A stretch of 64,000 nt of DNA, taken from the NCBI GenBank assembly GCA_043228905.1, contig JBHGNT010000012.1, forward strand, positions 2,356,001 to 2,420,000, written 5' to 3'. Numbering within the stretch: the first letter of the stretch is position 1; the number at the start of each line of letters is the position of its first letter. This document shows, one piece after another, positions 1-12,569 of this stretch. The position numbers and the translations under genes are program-made. The notes under the pieces are model-generated. The model was not told the origin of the DNA and did no database searches. It saw nothing but the letters and a program-made list of their open reading frames with translations. Source of the stretch: Azolla caroliniana. Lineage: Eukaryota; Plantae; Polypodiophyta.

Positions 1-849
1 ATTTGATCTCTGTTGGACAGATAGTAGAGCAAGGAATGCAAGTTAAGTTTAAGCAAAGTGGATGCTTTATAGAGAAACAGGGAAAGCTTATTGCATAAGG
101 AAAACGACAAGGAAGGATGTTTGTGTTAGATGTGGATATGCCTAAAAAGATTACAACCATGTTCGCAGAAGGAATGAGTGTAATCTCAGATGTAGAAATG
201 TGGCATAAAAGAATCGGTCACATAAAAGAATGTGGAAATGTTGAGGAAAAATGCAGTGGTTGGACTGCCTAAGTTAAAAGATTGTGAGATGAGCAAAATA
301 TGTGAAGCATGCCAATATGGAAAGCAAAACAGGTTACCTTTCCCTCATGAAAGTCATGTAAGCAAAAATTTGTTGGATTTGGTACATACAGATGTATGGG
401 GACCAACAAAAAATGCATCAATTAGTGGATGTAAGTTTTATGTAACATTTATTGATGACTTCTCAAGGAAAACATGGGTTTACTTCATGAAAGAGAAAAG
501 TGAAGTATTTGATTGCTTCCGTAAGTTTAAATGCATGGTAGAAAAGTAGGCTGGAACTAGAATAAAATGTTTAAGATTTGATGGAGGAGAATATTTCTCA
601 AATGAATTTTCTGATTTTTTATGTAATCAAGGAATAAAGAGACAATTTACATGTAGATGTACTCAGCAAAATGGAGTTGCTGAGAGAAAAAACAAAACTC
701 TGGTGAACATAGCAAGAGCCATGATGACTGAAAAAAATATGCCATTGTATTACTGGGCAGAAGCTGTAAACACAACAAAATTTATTCTAAATAGATGTAT
801 AACATCTGGAGTACATGAAATAACTCCTGACGAATGTTTCTATAGAAGG
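1..849 (+). mobile_element. Ty1/copia element A, internal fragment (GAG-pre-integrase and integrase), 5' end outside window, interrupted by copia B
   Basis: ORF 232-549 has CEACQYGK and LDLVHTDVWGP...FIDDFSRKTWVYF; the frame continues past stops with QNGVAERKN and YWAEAVNT; AT-rich; ends abruptly at a TG LTR start at 850; no 3' half is seen later in the window. Confidence 0.9.
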
Positions 850-1178
850 TGTTGAGAATCAAGCTCAACCTAGTCTAGTGTGTGAACACACCTTTGAGAG
901 TGTGCACTCAAAGGTCATAAGTCACCACTCTTATCTACACATTAACTATATGTCATAGAATCATATTCTATGACACATAACTAATGAGTTTTCACATTCC
1001 CCATGACCCATGAGCTTCGGTAGTTAATGAAGAGAGAGAGTGACTATATAAAGCACTCTCCTCCTACTTTGTAATTTGTTCGGTTAATCTCCTTTGTAAT
1101 ATACATCTTCTTGAGTATTCTATTGTTGTTCAAATCTATCTATCTTGTGTTTCCCTCTCACTCACTCACTCTCTCTCT

Positions 1179-1215
<37 letters not shown>

Positions 1216-1269
1216 CACACATATCTCTACTCTATTCCGCTGCACAAGAATCACCATCAATTCTTTACA
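850..1269 (+). repeat. 5' LTR of copia B, containing (CT)n/(CA)n microsatellite
   Basis: TGTTG...TTACA termini, TATA-like TATATAAA near 1046, directly followed by the PBS. Confidence 0.88.
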
Positions 1270-4200
1270 TGGTATCAAAGCGGTTTGGTAGCTTGATCTC
1301 GCCCATCTGTGTGTTGAGCTCTACACCGACGTTCAAGTAGAACCGGCTCATCGATATGGTAGTGCGACTACATAGCTCGTATTCAAGAGAGAAGAAGAAG
1401 GAAGAAATCTACATCGAACACCATGAATACTCAAATGGGGAGCACTCTCCCTAGCGAGAAGTTACCAGACCGAAACAACTTCGCATCTTGGGAGTCCAAG
1501 ATGCATCAATATCTTGTCGGTCAAGGCTATTAGAGCTATATCAAAGGATCACAAGAAAACCGGCCCGACCCGAAAGATGCCGACTATGCAACATGGGAGC
1601 AAGCGGCGAGTCGAGTAATGTATTTCTTGGCAACAAGTGTTCATGACCACATGCTCAATTACATTTGAGAAGCCGAGAAGCCGAAGGAATCGTGGGAAAA
1701 TATACGAAAGATTTTCGCCGTCAACATGACTGCAAGGAAGCTTCAACTCCGCCAAGAGTTGAACAACATCCAACAAAGGGATATGTCCATCACAAGCTAC
1801 ACCTTGAAGATCAAGGAGCTTTGTGATGCACTCGGCTCAATAGGCGTCCATGTGGAGGATGACGAAATGGTGCAAATAAGCCTCGGCGGCCTTGCACCAC
1901 GATTCGGCGCGATGCGAACCGCCGTACTAGCACGGGAGAATCCACCCTCCTTCTTCGATCTTAAATCTATGTTATTGGTCGAAGAGAATCATGCTCGAAC
2001 AAGGAGCAACGCCTTGGAAGGCCACATGCTCTACACGCATTCGAATGGAGGAAGAGGACGCGGCCAAGCAAGAGGCCGATTTGGCCAAGGACGAGACGAC
2101 GGACGAGGTCCGACTTACGACAACAACTCCCAATTTCGGCAACAAGATGGAAGCCATCAAGGAACCTTTAGAAGAAGGGGAGCTTCCATTCCGGTTTGAG
2201 TTGAAAAAACTCGATTGAATGCGAATATTGCGGAAAAATCGGCCATCATGAAGAGGAGTGTCGAAAGAAGAAGCATGAGTTGGCTTCCACAAGTTGACAA
2301 CTCACAAATTATGCCACTAATTCCGATTATGAAGACCTTGGCGGAATGTTCGTGAAGAGACATAGAGCACATTCTATGTCGGCCTCTACTGACTAATGCC
2401 TCCAATCCGGAAGATGTATGGTTCGTCGACTCTGGTGCTTCGAACCATATGACGTCCCGTCAAGAATGGTTCCAAGACTTACGAGAGCTAGATCGATCCG
2501 GTTATGGTGAGACCGGAGATGATACCACTCATCCTATTCGACATATTGGCAATGTCCCATTCGGGGAAGACGACGAAAAAACTTGCATCAAAAATGTATT
2601 ACATGTACCCACTATAATGAAGAATTTGGTCTCGGTCGGCCAAATAGTGGAGCAAGGGATGCAAGTTCGATTCAACGAAGGTGGTTGCTTCATTGAGAAG
2701 GAAGGTCGACTCATTGCTCGGGGTTGAAGGGAAGGTAGAATGTTTATCCTTGAGTCAAACGAGGTGAAATCGCCCATGTATGCAAAGGGCCTCAAATCCG
2801 ACACCGACATAGAGCTATGGCATAAAAGAATCGACCATATCAATCTCAACAAGCTCAAGGCGATGCAATCGAAAGGAGTCTTCATTGGGCTCTCAACATT
2901 CAAAGAGAAAGAGATTGAAGGAGTATGTGAAGCATGCCAATTCGGCAAGCAACATCGGCACTTGTTCCCAAAGGAGAGAAACGTGAGCAAAGGCCTATTG
3001 GACGTAGTCCACTCAGATGTGTGGGGACCGGCACAGACAACTATGTTCGGAGGATCTCGGTACTATGTTACCTTCATCGACGACTTCTCTAGATACACAT
3101 GGATCTTTCCCATGAGGATGTTTTTGGAAGTGTTTACACACTTCCAAAAATTCAAAAGTGAAGTTGAAAAGACAACTAGGCGTCATGTACGATGTCTTCG
3201 GTCAGACGAAGGAAAGGAACACTTCTCTGATGCGGTCACAACATATCTTCAACAAGAAGGAATTCGGCGAGAATTCACTCGCCGACACACATTGCAACAA
3301 AACGGAGTGGCTGAATGAAAGAATCGGCACATCCTTGAAGTAGCACGGGCCATGATGAACGAAAAGCATGTGCTGAAGTCGTATTGGGCAGAAGCGGCTA
3401 ACACGGCCGTATACCTCATTAATTGGTGTACAACATCAGGTGTGCACGAACTTACTCCGCACGAGAAGTTTTTCGGAAAGAAGCCAGACCTGTCACATGT
3501 TCGGATATTCGGCTCCATTGCATACGTGCACATCCCCGACGAGAAGCCACAAAAGCTCGACCTGAAGTCGGAGAAATGTATCATTGTAGGATACTCACTG
3601 GAGCAAAAGGGGTACAAGTTCTATAACCCCTCTACTCGGAAGGTTCGTGTAAGTTGAGATGTCCTCTTTGACGAATCAACATCATGGTACAAACCCGAGC
3701 CGATTCCTCCTGAATCATCTACGAATGACCTCGACAACACAGACGATGATCAACTAAGGTCAATACCCGAGGAGAGTCCTATCTCAACCAGATTGACCGG
3801 ACTGCAAGAACCTCCAAGCAATCAAAGCACATCTCGGCCAAGTCCAAAGATGGACAAAGGGAAAGCCAAAATGCTGGAATATGAAGATGACAACAACGCA
3901 TTGACTCATTCACTAGATAGTGAGTTCGATGGCTTTGATATGTGTTACGGGGATGACTATATAATATCCTATGGTGAGAAGTTACCGTAGTATTCTATAC
4001 ACGTGGATAAGTGTGAGGGTTAAACGAGAGTGTAAAGAAGGGGAGGATTACTTTTAATCCTCGAGATTGAGACAACCCATTAGGCCAAGTGTGAACTTGC
4101 CTGGGGGCCTTGGGTATTGCTATAAATAAGAGGCCTAGCAACCCTCATTTCATCATCTTGTTGACTACGTTGAGACTCTATTTTGTGGTGGGTCAACTCT

Positions 4201-4646
4201 TGTAGGGAGCGCGCCAGCACTAGGTACGACTCGACGCCACGGCGGTGGTATGGGACACCGATCGAGGCTCGAGTCCGTCTCGATCCCTTCGCTCGGGGGT
4301 GGTCGGGTGGATCGGCACCCTTCTTTCTCTCTCTCCTTTCTATCTATCTATCTATATTCTATCCTTAACTAATGCTTACATTAGGTCATGTCTCTAACAG
4401 TTGGTATCAAAGCTCATGTTCTAATTTTTCTTTTGTTGGTTTTGTCTTCTTGATGGATGGTGATCGATCAACGTGCGGTCGACCTTGTTCCAAACAACAA
4501 TCAACAAAGGAACTTCGGTAATCTTTCTTGTTTTTTCTATTCTTTCTTTTCCCAATTTAATCATGTGTATGGTTAATATGTAATTTTTTTTATATATATT
4601 CAATGATGTTGAAGTGGTAATTAATTGGTTGTATAAAATGTTTACA

Positions 4647-4850
4647 TATGTGTATGAGGTCAATACCTCATTTGACATATATTGAATATGTGATTAGTGT
4701 CGTATGCGCATGAGGTTAATACCTCAATTGCGTATTACACTCACATACATATGTTACGTATGCGTATGAGGTCAATACCTCAATTGCGTATTACGATTAA
4801 CCCTTATTTTTGGATGTTTCGTGTGCGTAGAGGCTACATGCCTCGATTAT
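4647..4850 (+). repeat. Array of four hairpin-forming repeats in the gypsy leader (56-bp period)
   Basis: TGAGGT-N4-ACCTCA cores at 4655, 4711 and 4767, plus variant GAGGC-N5-GCCTC at 4830; spacers differ from each other. Confidence 0.85.
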
Positions 4851-6040
4851 GTGTCTCGATTTCATCATATGTTGGCTATTTGATGTTACGATTTCTTTTA
4901 ATATACGCATTTGTGGTCACGTGTATATGTATTTGATCGTATATATGTGATAAATAAACATATGTGTATATTTGATATTACGTGATCTTTATATCGAATG
5001 TTTTCCTTTTCGAGGAAAGGATCTTGGTGGCCGTCCTCACATTTTTGTGAGAATGGCGTTGTCACCATCCTTTTTTTCAACAATTTTTTATGGTTGACAT
5101 TCCCGTTGGTGACTTCGATTTTATTACGTAAAGAAATGCCTATAGCCACAATGATGTTGAGAACGTAGGTCTTGACCCACTTCATGTGAGGTCGCTCCTA
5201 TGACACACATACCCAACATCCCTCCCTTGTTACATGGATACGATGCCACCATGAGATCATTCTTACGAGAGGCATTTGTAATGACGTAACCATGTGATGG
5301 GCCACGTGGGCCTACTACGAAAAGAGGGCTCATTTGGCTTGACCATTAGGTTGCACTTTGGCGTATGCCATCGTAATTACGAGACTTGAGGTTAGGTAAC
5401 GTACCAACATATTTTGTAGTAAACGAGGGGGAAATAAGGACTCTTGACATATATGTTTCTTTTAAAAAAACATATATGGGCAAATGCCTCGCATATCTCT
5501 TATACGCATGAAACATTAAACATTCAAGAAGAGCAACCTACTTGGTTGGCTCAAGTGTTTAATGCATTTGTTCTTGAGGTCTCGAGTTCAAATATGACCA
5601 AGACCATACAACATCGTTGTTACATATGACTGTAACACATGTTTAGACTTGAGGTCTAAGTGCACTTCGGGGTCCTCATAATAGGACTTAAAGAGCCGAA
5701 ACCACATATGTGGGCACAGAAACATAGTTTATTGTTAACATTTTTTTTGTGTATAAACTACTCATGACGCTGACATACATGGTTGAGCCTCGGGGAGCCG
5801 CCATGAAAAAATTGATATAGAGATAAGGAAAAGACATTAATTTGTCACCCCCATGGTTTTTAAAACACCTTTGTGTTACCATAGTAACTTGATCTTGAAC
5901 CTCATCTCATACGTCTAGAGGGGTATTGACGTGAGATCATGATATCGATTAATGTTGCCCATGATATGTTTACATCAGGACATGATGTTATGACTATTTG
6001 TTTGACCTTATCCTATTTCTTTGCCAGAAATAATCATTCA

Positions 6041-9000
6041 ATGGCTCAAAATAACGACCCAATGTCATTCGCTAAAGCAGAAGGAACTCAAGGAAATCGT
6101 CCTGGACAAATGTCTATTGAGATGTATTTTTCGCAAATAACCCAATACCTTAGTTTCCATGACCAAACTTCGACAATCTCAAAGTGCTCTCGAGGCACGT
6201 GTCATTAGTTTACAACGTGAGACTAATAGACCTGATGAGCGATAGGGTGAACCATCGTTTGTTGTTAAGCCATTTACGAGAGAAAAAAAGGAAAGAACCG
6301 AAGAAGCAATCTGCACGTGGCTGGGCCGATGGGAGTCTCATTTTGAGGTCTATCCCACGCCATATAGTACGAAGATTGCATATGTCGGCCAAGAACTAGG
6401 GGGTAAGGCCCCACCTGGTGGCGTGGGCTCCATACTTTGGGGAAATTGCCCGATACTTGGACATATTTTGTCACAATTTTCAACAGCCAATTTCTGCAAC
6501 CTCCCTCTCGAACTGAGGTAGCACAAGCTTTAATGAACCTGTCTAGCTGGAAATTTTCCTCGCTAGAAGATTATTTTCACCATGCTAGAACCCAAACCCA
6601 AAAGTCGGGTCTAGAAGGGGACAATTGGTTGATAGCTTATTTTGTCAATGGCATCCCCAATTCGGACTATCACTGGATAATGCACGATAAGGATCCAAAA
6701 TCCTTCGAAGAGGTCGTTGAAATAGTTATTCGCTATCAACGCACTTCGAAGAAGGACCACAACAAACCCAACGAAGCGCCCGGGACTAAGCAGTCACAAT
6801 TCATTGGGAAATGCAAGACACCCAACAAATTCATGGATTGCGATTGTAAGCGACAACATCCTTTTCGCGTATTCTGCAAAAAGAAGGGTCATACAAAAGA
6901 GCAATGTTGAAAGCTCCAACGGAAAGAGCACAATAGCAAAGCTAAAGCTGCAGACCATAAAGGTTAAATTCCTAATGTCCTTCAGGTCTATACACATCAT
7001 TTAAGTAATTGTCAATGTTCTTTCCCTCACTATGTATTGGGTCCCAATGATTTACTACGTGCAAATGGGTATATCAATGGATCTCCCGTACAGTTTTTGT
7101 TTGATTCGGGACGCTCACACAACTTTGTGAATGATCGTTCGGTTCAAATATGGGGAATCCAACCCACCGTAAGTGATCACACATATACGGTGCACTTGGC
7201 TGATGGAAGAGTACAATACATCAATGGGGCGATTCATTCCTTGGGAATTTCTATTGATACTTATAAAGAGGAAGTAGACTTCCATGTAATGAATCTTTGT
7301 ACCACTGATGTAATATTGGGTTATCCCTGGTTTTATAATAAAAACTCTTCTTTATTTATTGATTGGATTCATCATTCCATTTCCTTTGTATTGAACGATT
7401 GTACTCATTTTATTCAATGTGTAAAAAAACAATCCCTCTCGATTGTTTGCTCTCCATCAATATCTGAGTTATCTTGTTCTACTCTATTTTATTGTGTACT
7501 TGATCCGGACATTCACGTTTACAATATCGATAATGTCTCAGTTCAATTAACATATTTTGAACAACAACTTGATGAAATCTTAAATGATTTTCGTGATGTT
7601 TTTCCGAGTGAACTACCTGATGGGTTACCCCCTAAACATAATATAGACCATCATATAAATATCGTACCTGGTATTGCACCAATAAGTATACCTCCTTATC
7701 GCTTAAGTCGATCCGAAGAGGATGAGGTATCTAAGCAACTCAAGGACTATTTACGAATGGGTTATATACGTTATAGTAAATCTCCATGGGGTGCACCAGT
7801 TCTCTTGGTTAAAAAGAAAGAGGGCACATGGTGTATGTGTATTAATTACCGACGCTTGAATAAAGTGACGATCAAGAATTTGTATCCATTGCCTCGGGCT
7901 GACGATCTAATTGACCGTCTCCAGGGAGCTCGGTATTTTACGAAACTTGATCTCCGTACTAGCTACCATCAAATTCGTATAAGTGAGGACAATGTTCCTA
8001 AAATGGCATTTCGTACGCGTTATGGCCATTGTGAGTTTTTGGTTATGCCTTTTGGTTTGACCAATGCTCTGACTACATTTCAAGAAGAAATGAATGACAT
8101 TTTCTAAGAACAACTTGGAAAGTTTGTTGTTATTTTCTTAGATGATATTTTAGTTTATAGCCGTACATTACAAGAACATGCTAAACATGTCCGCTTTGTT
8201 TTACAAACATTGCGTGACAAATAGTTTTATGCGAAGATCTCAAAATGTGAGTTCTTCAAGAAATCAATTACTTATCTTGGACATCTCATAACCGAACGAG
8301 GAGTTGAAATTGATCCTTCTTGCATCAAGAAAATCAAGCTTTTACCCACTCTTCGGAATATTCGAGAAATTCGATCATTCCTTGGTTTTGTTGGGTTTTT
8401 GCGAAAATCCCTTCGTAATTAATCCCAATTGACAACATCGTTTACTGATCTTTTAAAAGGTCAAACACGTAAGTCTACAAAACCTATTGTCTGGAATGCT
8501 ACACTAGACCTTGCTTTTAAGGAACTCAAGGACCTGGTGTGCAAGGCTCCTTCACTTCTTTTACCTGATCCTTCAAAACCTTTTGAGGTTGAAACCGATG
8601 CAAGCGATTATGCTATAGGTTTTGTCTTATATCAAGATGGTAAACCAATAGCATTCGAGAGTAAGAAACTTGATTCTGCTCAGTGTCGGTATACCGTTCA
8701 AGAAAAGGAATTATTTGCAGTTATACATGCGCTCAAAACATGGCGCCATTATCTTTATGGAAATCGCTTTGTGGTAACTACGGACCACAAGTCCTTCAAA
8801 TATTTTTGTGACCAACAAGACCTAAAAGGTCGTAAGGCACGATGGGTTGATCTCATCCAGGACTTTGATTTTTCCATACGATATCGTAAAGGTTCCATGA
8901 ACATTGTCGTTGATGCACTAAGTCACATCCGTGAGGTTAATATGCTTAGCTTCACTGATATATCATTAGATCTTTATGATCACCTTCGAGGAAAGTATCC

Positions 9001-10420
9001 TGATGACAGTTATTTTGCAAAATACTGGCAAGAGTTGAGTCTGGAATAGACACCACCACATCCTCGAAGGAATACTTCCACATTGCTAACGGTCTGCTCT
9101 ACCGTAATGGGAAGGTTTGTGTTCCAGATTTGCCTGAGGTCAAAAAGAGAATTCTTTTTGAATGCCATGATGCACCCTCAACAGGGCACCCTGGAATACA
9201 TCGTACACTCGTTCTTATCTCCACTCAATTCTATTGGCCTAAGATGTGCCCCAACATACATAGCTATGTGACTAAATGTCACCAATGTCAGGTTAACAAA
9301 GCCGCAGGACTTTTACATCCCTTGGACATTCCCAATAATAAGTGGGAAAGTATATCCATGGATTTTATTGTTAGCCTTCCTCGCACCCAAAAAGGCCATG
9401 ATGCCATCTGGGTTGTGGTTGATAGACTAACTAAAATGGCCAGATTTATTGCTACTAAAACCACGGTAACATCTCCTGAATTAGCTTACCAATTCGTTGA
9501 TGAGTTATTTCGTTTTTATGGGTTACCAATGGATATCGTGAGTGATCGAGATCCAAAGTTCACTAGTGACTTCTGGACACAAGTCTTCAAGAAGTTAGAA
9601 ACTACATTGAGCATGAGCTCCACGAATCATCCTCAATCCGATGGACAGACAGAATGAGTGAATCAAATTATTGAGGACATGTTTCGAGCATACATTGGTG
9701 CAAAACCAACAAAATGGGAACGTTATCTCCCAATTTTGGAGTTTGCTTATAGCAGCTCCAAGAATACGTCGACGGGATATAGTCCTTTTATGTTGATGTA
9801 TGGTTTTCAGCCACGAGCCCCGATTGATGTTAATATACATCATGATGAGTTGCGAAGCACGGAAAACTTTCTTCAGGATATGCAAGATAAGTTGCATATT
9901 GCACGACATAATATAAAAACTGCTCAAGATAGAGCGCGTTTTTATGCCGATCATCATAGGAAACCTCGTGTATTCAACCCTGGACAGAAGGTATTTTTAT
10001 GTGTACCTCACAATTCTAAGACATTGTCTAAGGGTAAGTGCGCTAAGTTAGCCCCACGGTTTTGTGGACCTTTTATAGTCCTCAAAAATTGGGTCATCAG
10101 CCTATCGTCTCGCTCTTCCCGATGGCGTTGAAATTCATCCAGTTTTTCATGTGAGTTGTCTAAAAGAACTTCTAGGTTCTGGCGACAATACAGTTACAAC
10201 TGAAACTCTGGTTACTTCTGAAGAATTATCTTCTATACCACATGTACCAGAAAGAATTCTCGATGTTAAAACAAAAAAATTACGTACTAAAGAAATCCGA
10301 GAATTTAAAATAAAATGGATGGAATAATCAATAAAAGATGCCACATGGGAACGCGAAAATTTTCTCAGAACTAACTTCCCTAACTTTCCATTGCAAGAGT
10401 GCAATGTTTTAAAGAGGGGG
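6041..10420 (+). pseudogene. gag-pol polyprotein of the chromovirus (disrupted)
   Basis: ORF fragments 6437-6910, 7037-8107, 8429-9049, 9130-9657 and 9658-10131 in gypsy order PR-RT-RH-INT; probable gag ATG at 6041. Confidence 0.88.
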
Positions 10421-12181
10421 GAAGTATGTTACGGGCATGACCATATAATATCCCGTGGTGAGAATTTACCGTGGTATTCTATACACATGGATAAGTGTGA
10501 GGGTTAAACGAGAGTGTAAAGAAGGGGAGGATTACTTTTAATCCTCGGGATTGAGACAACCCATTAGGCCAAGTGTGAACTTGCCTGGGGGCCTTGGGTA
10601 TCGCTATAAATAAGAGACCTAGCTACCCTCATTTCATCATCTTGTTGACTACATCGAGACTCTATCTTGTGGTGGGTCAACTCTTGTAGCGAGCGTGCCA
10701 GCACCAGGTACGACTCGACGCCACGGCTGTGGTATGGGACGTCGATCGAGGCTTGAGTCCGTCTCGATCCCTTCGCTCGGGGGTGGTCGGGTGGATCCAC
10801 ACCCTTCTTTCTCTCTCTCCTTTCTATCTATCTATCTATATTCTATCCTTAACTAGTGCTTACATTAGTTCATGTCTCTAACAATATGCCTCTTTTGAGG
10901 CCACCCGGAATTAAGAAGGCACTTACATTGACAAACGAAAACCTTCGTCGCTTCACCTGTGAGAAGAATCCAACATTCATCGGAAATCCATCTACCGACT
11001 CAAGATGCCTCTCTATGGCCTTAAGCAAGCACCACGTGCTTGGCACTCGAAGATAACACAATATCTTCATCGAATCGGCTTCGGAATGTCAAAATCCGAC
11101 AATTCTCTCTATGTAAGAAGTGATTCCGAAAGTCCGATCATTGGAGGAGCATCTAGTCGACATCAACAAGGTCAAATCCCTCCTTTCCAACAAATTCGAG
11201 GTGACGGACATGAAAGAGCTCCACTACTTCCTTGGCATCGAGGTAATTCGGACTCCAGCCGGGATTATGATCTCCCAACGACACTACATTCGCAAATTGT
11301 TATACAAGTTCGGGATAACTGAGTGCAAGTCTGTGGCAACACCTCTCGACCAAAACCTCAAACTAGATGCCAATTCTCGCACTACGGAGTGTGAGCCGAC
11401 TCAGTATTGACAACGGATTGGTAGTCTTATCTACCTCACGATCACTCGACCAGACCTGAGCTATCCGGTTGGCCTTCTTAGCCAGTTCATGCAAACGCCA
11501 CGAGATATCCATTTGGATTGTTCTAAGAGAGTGCTACGATACGTGAGCGGAACGATGGATTATGGCATTCTCAATAAGTCGGCCACGCCAATTCAACTCG
11601 AGGGGTAAACAGATGCCGACTGGGTAGGCTACAAAGCCGACCGACGATCAACCTTTGGTTTCGTCTTCTGCCTCGGAAGTGGAGCCATCTCTTGGAGTAG
11701 CAAGAAGCAACCAACCGTCGCTCTTTCGAGCACAGAGGCCGAATACAGGGGCGCGGCGGTGGCTGCATGTGAAGCCATATGGCTTAAGAGGATATTGAAG
11801 GATCTGGGCGTTCCCCTCAAAGATCCAATTCCCCTTTACTGAGCAGTATTTATCAGGCTCGAAACCCGGTGTTCCATGCACGCACAAAGCATATCGAAGT
11901 GCACTATCACTTCATTCGAGAGCACGTTCAAGCTGGCGATGTCGACCTTCAACATATCACTATGAATCTTCAGACAACCGACATCTTCACCAAAGCCCTA
12001 GGAGTCGACCAGCTTCGGCAATTCCTGTCAGACCTTGGATTGACGGTCCCTGACTTGCCAAGCTTGAGGGGGAGTACAAGCGAAAACCGCATACCATCCG
12101 AACCGGATACAAGCCGAAGCGAACATCAACCAAAGTAGCCGACCAAAGTTGAGCTTGAGGGGGCATGTTGAGAATCAAGCT

Positions 12182-12508
12182 TGTTGAGATACAAAGCTCA
12201 ACATTGGCCGAATTGGCTGTGCAAGCCAAGAACCGGATCGGTTGGGACCGATCGGTTAGGCAGGACCGGTGCGTAAACCGGGTGCGTAAACCGGTGCGCA
12301 ACAAGAAGCCGTAGCGGTGTGTAAACCGTGAGGCCATTGGAAAGATATTCCGCATAGGAATATATTTTGGGAGTTAGTGTAGAGCTCAATTATGAGCATT
12401 GAAGTACGTGTCAATACTTCTGTTAGTCTGTATGGACTTGTATAAAAGTGCTCACTGAGCACATCCTATGTACAGACTGAGTATCATTTTTGGAACATAG
12501 TTGTGTGT

Positions 12509-12569
<61 letters not shown>

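Larger units (their letters stand above)
3943..10883 (+). mobile_element. Full-length Ty3/gypsy chromovirus (gag-PR-RT-RH-INT-chromodomain), inactivated by stops and frameshifts
   Basis: 457-bp LTRs 3943-4399 and 10427-10883 (about 25 differences by eye), 5-bp TSD ATATG at 3938-3942 and 10884-10888, PBS TGGTATCAAAGC 4402-4413, PPT 10411-10424; CCHC knuckle (CKKKGHTKEQC), FLFDSG protease, FLDDIL RT, VETDASD RNaseH, HHCC and WESISMDF integrase, GPF module, chromodomain-like PERILD..FKIKW..DATWE at about 10240-10385. Confidence 0.96.
850..12181 (+). mobile_element. Ty1/copia element B (degenerate), split by a gypsy insertion, 3' LTR interrupted after 16 bp
   Basis: 5' LTR 850-1269 (TG..CA), PBS TGGTATCAAAGC 1270-1281 (tRNA-iMet type), gag from ATG 1423, protease WFVDSG near 2420, integrase 2740-3657, RT/RNaseH 10889-12080 with internal deletions (YVDD segment lost near 11140), PPT 12155-12163; 12166-12181 is identical to the first 16 nt of the 5' LTR. 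Confidence 0.9.

Noticed and set aside
4183-4368. Recurrent ORF MWWVNSC.. (also 14618 and 17631) as a conserved small gene
   Set aside because: It recurs only because it lies within copies of the same LTR; it starts at TTG and is interrupted in the 10427 LTR.
4647-4850. CRISPR array
   Set aside because: Only 3-4 units with short spacers, inside a eukaryotic retrotransposon, and no cas genes; kept as an RNA hairpin array.
4898-5882. Antisense extra gene in the gypsy leader
   Set aside because: Short ORFs in different frames with no recognisable motif; the hairpin structure explains the region better.
6232-6270. Hammerhead ribozyme core (CTGATGA plus stem); similar at 53639
   Set aside because: No GAAA after stem II and no closing stems I/III.
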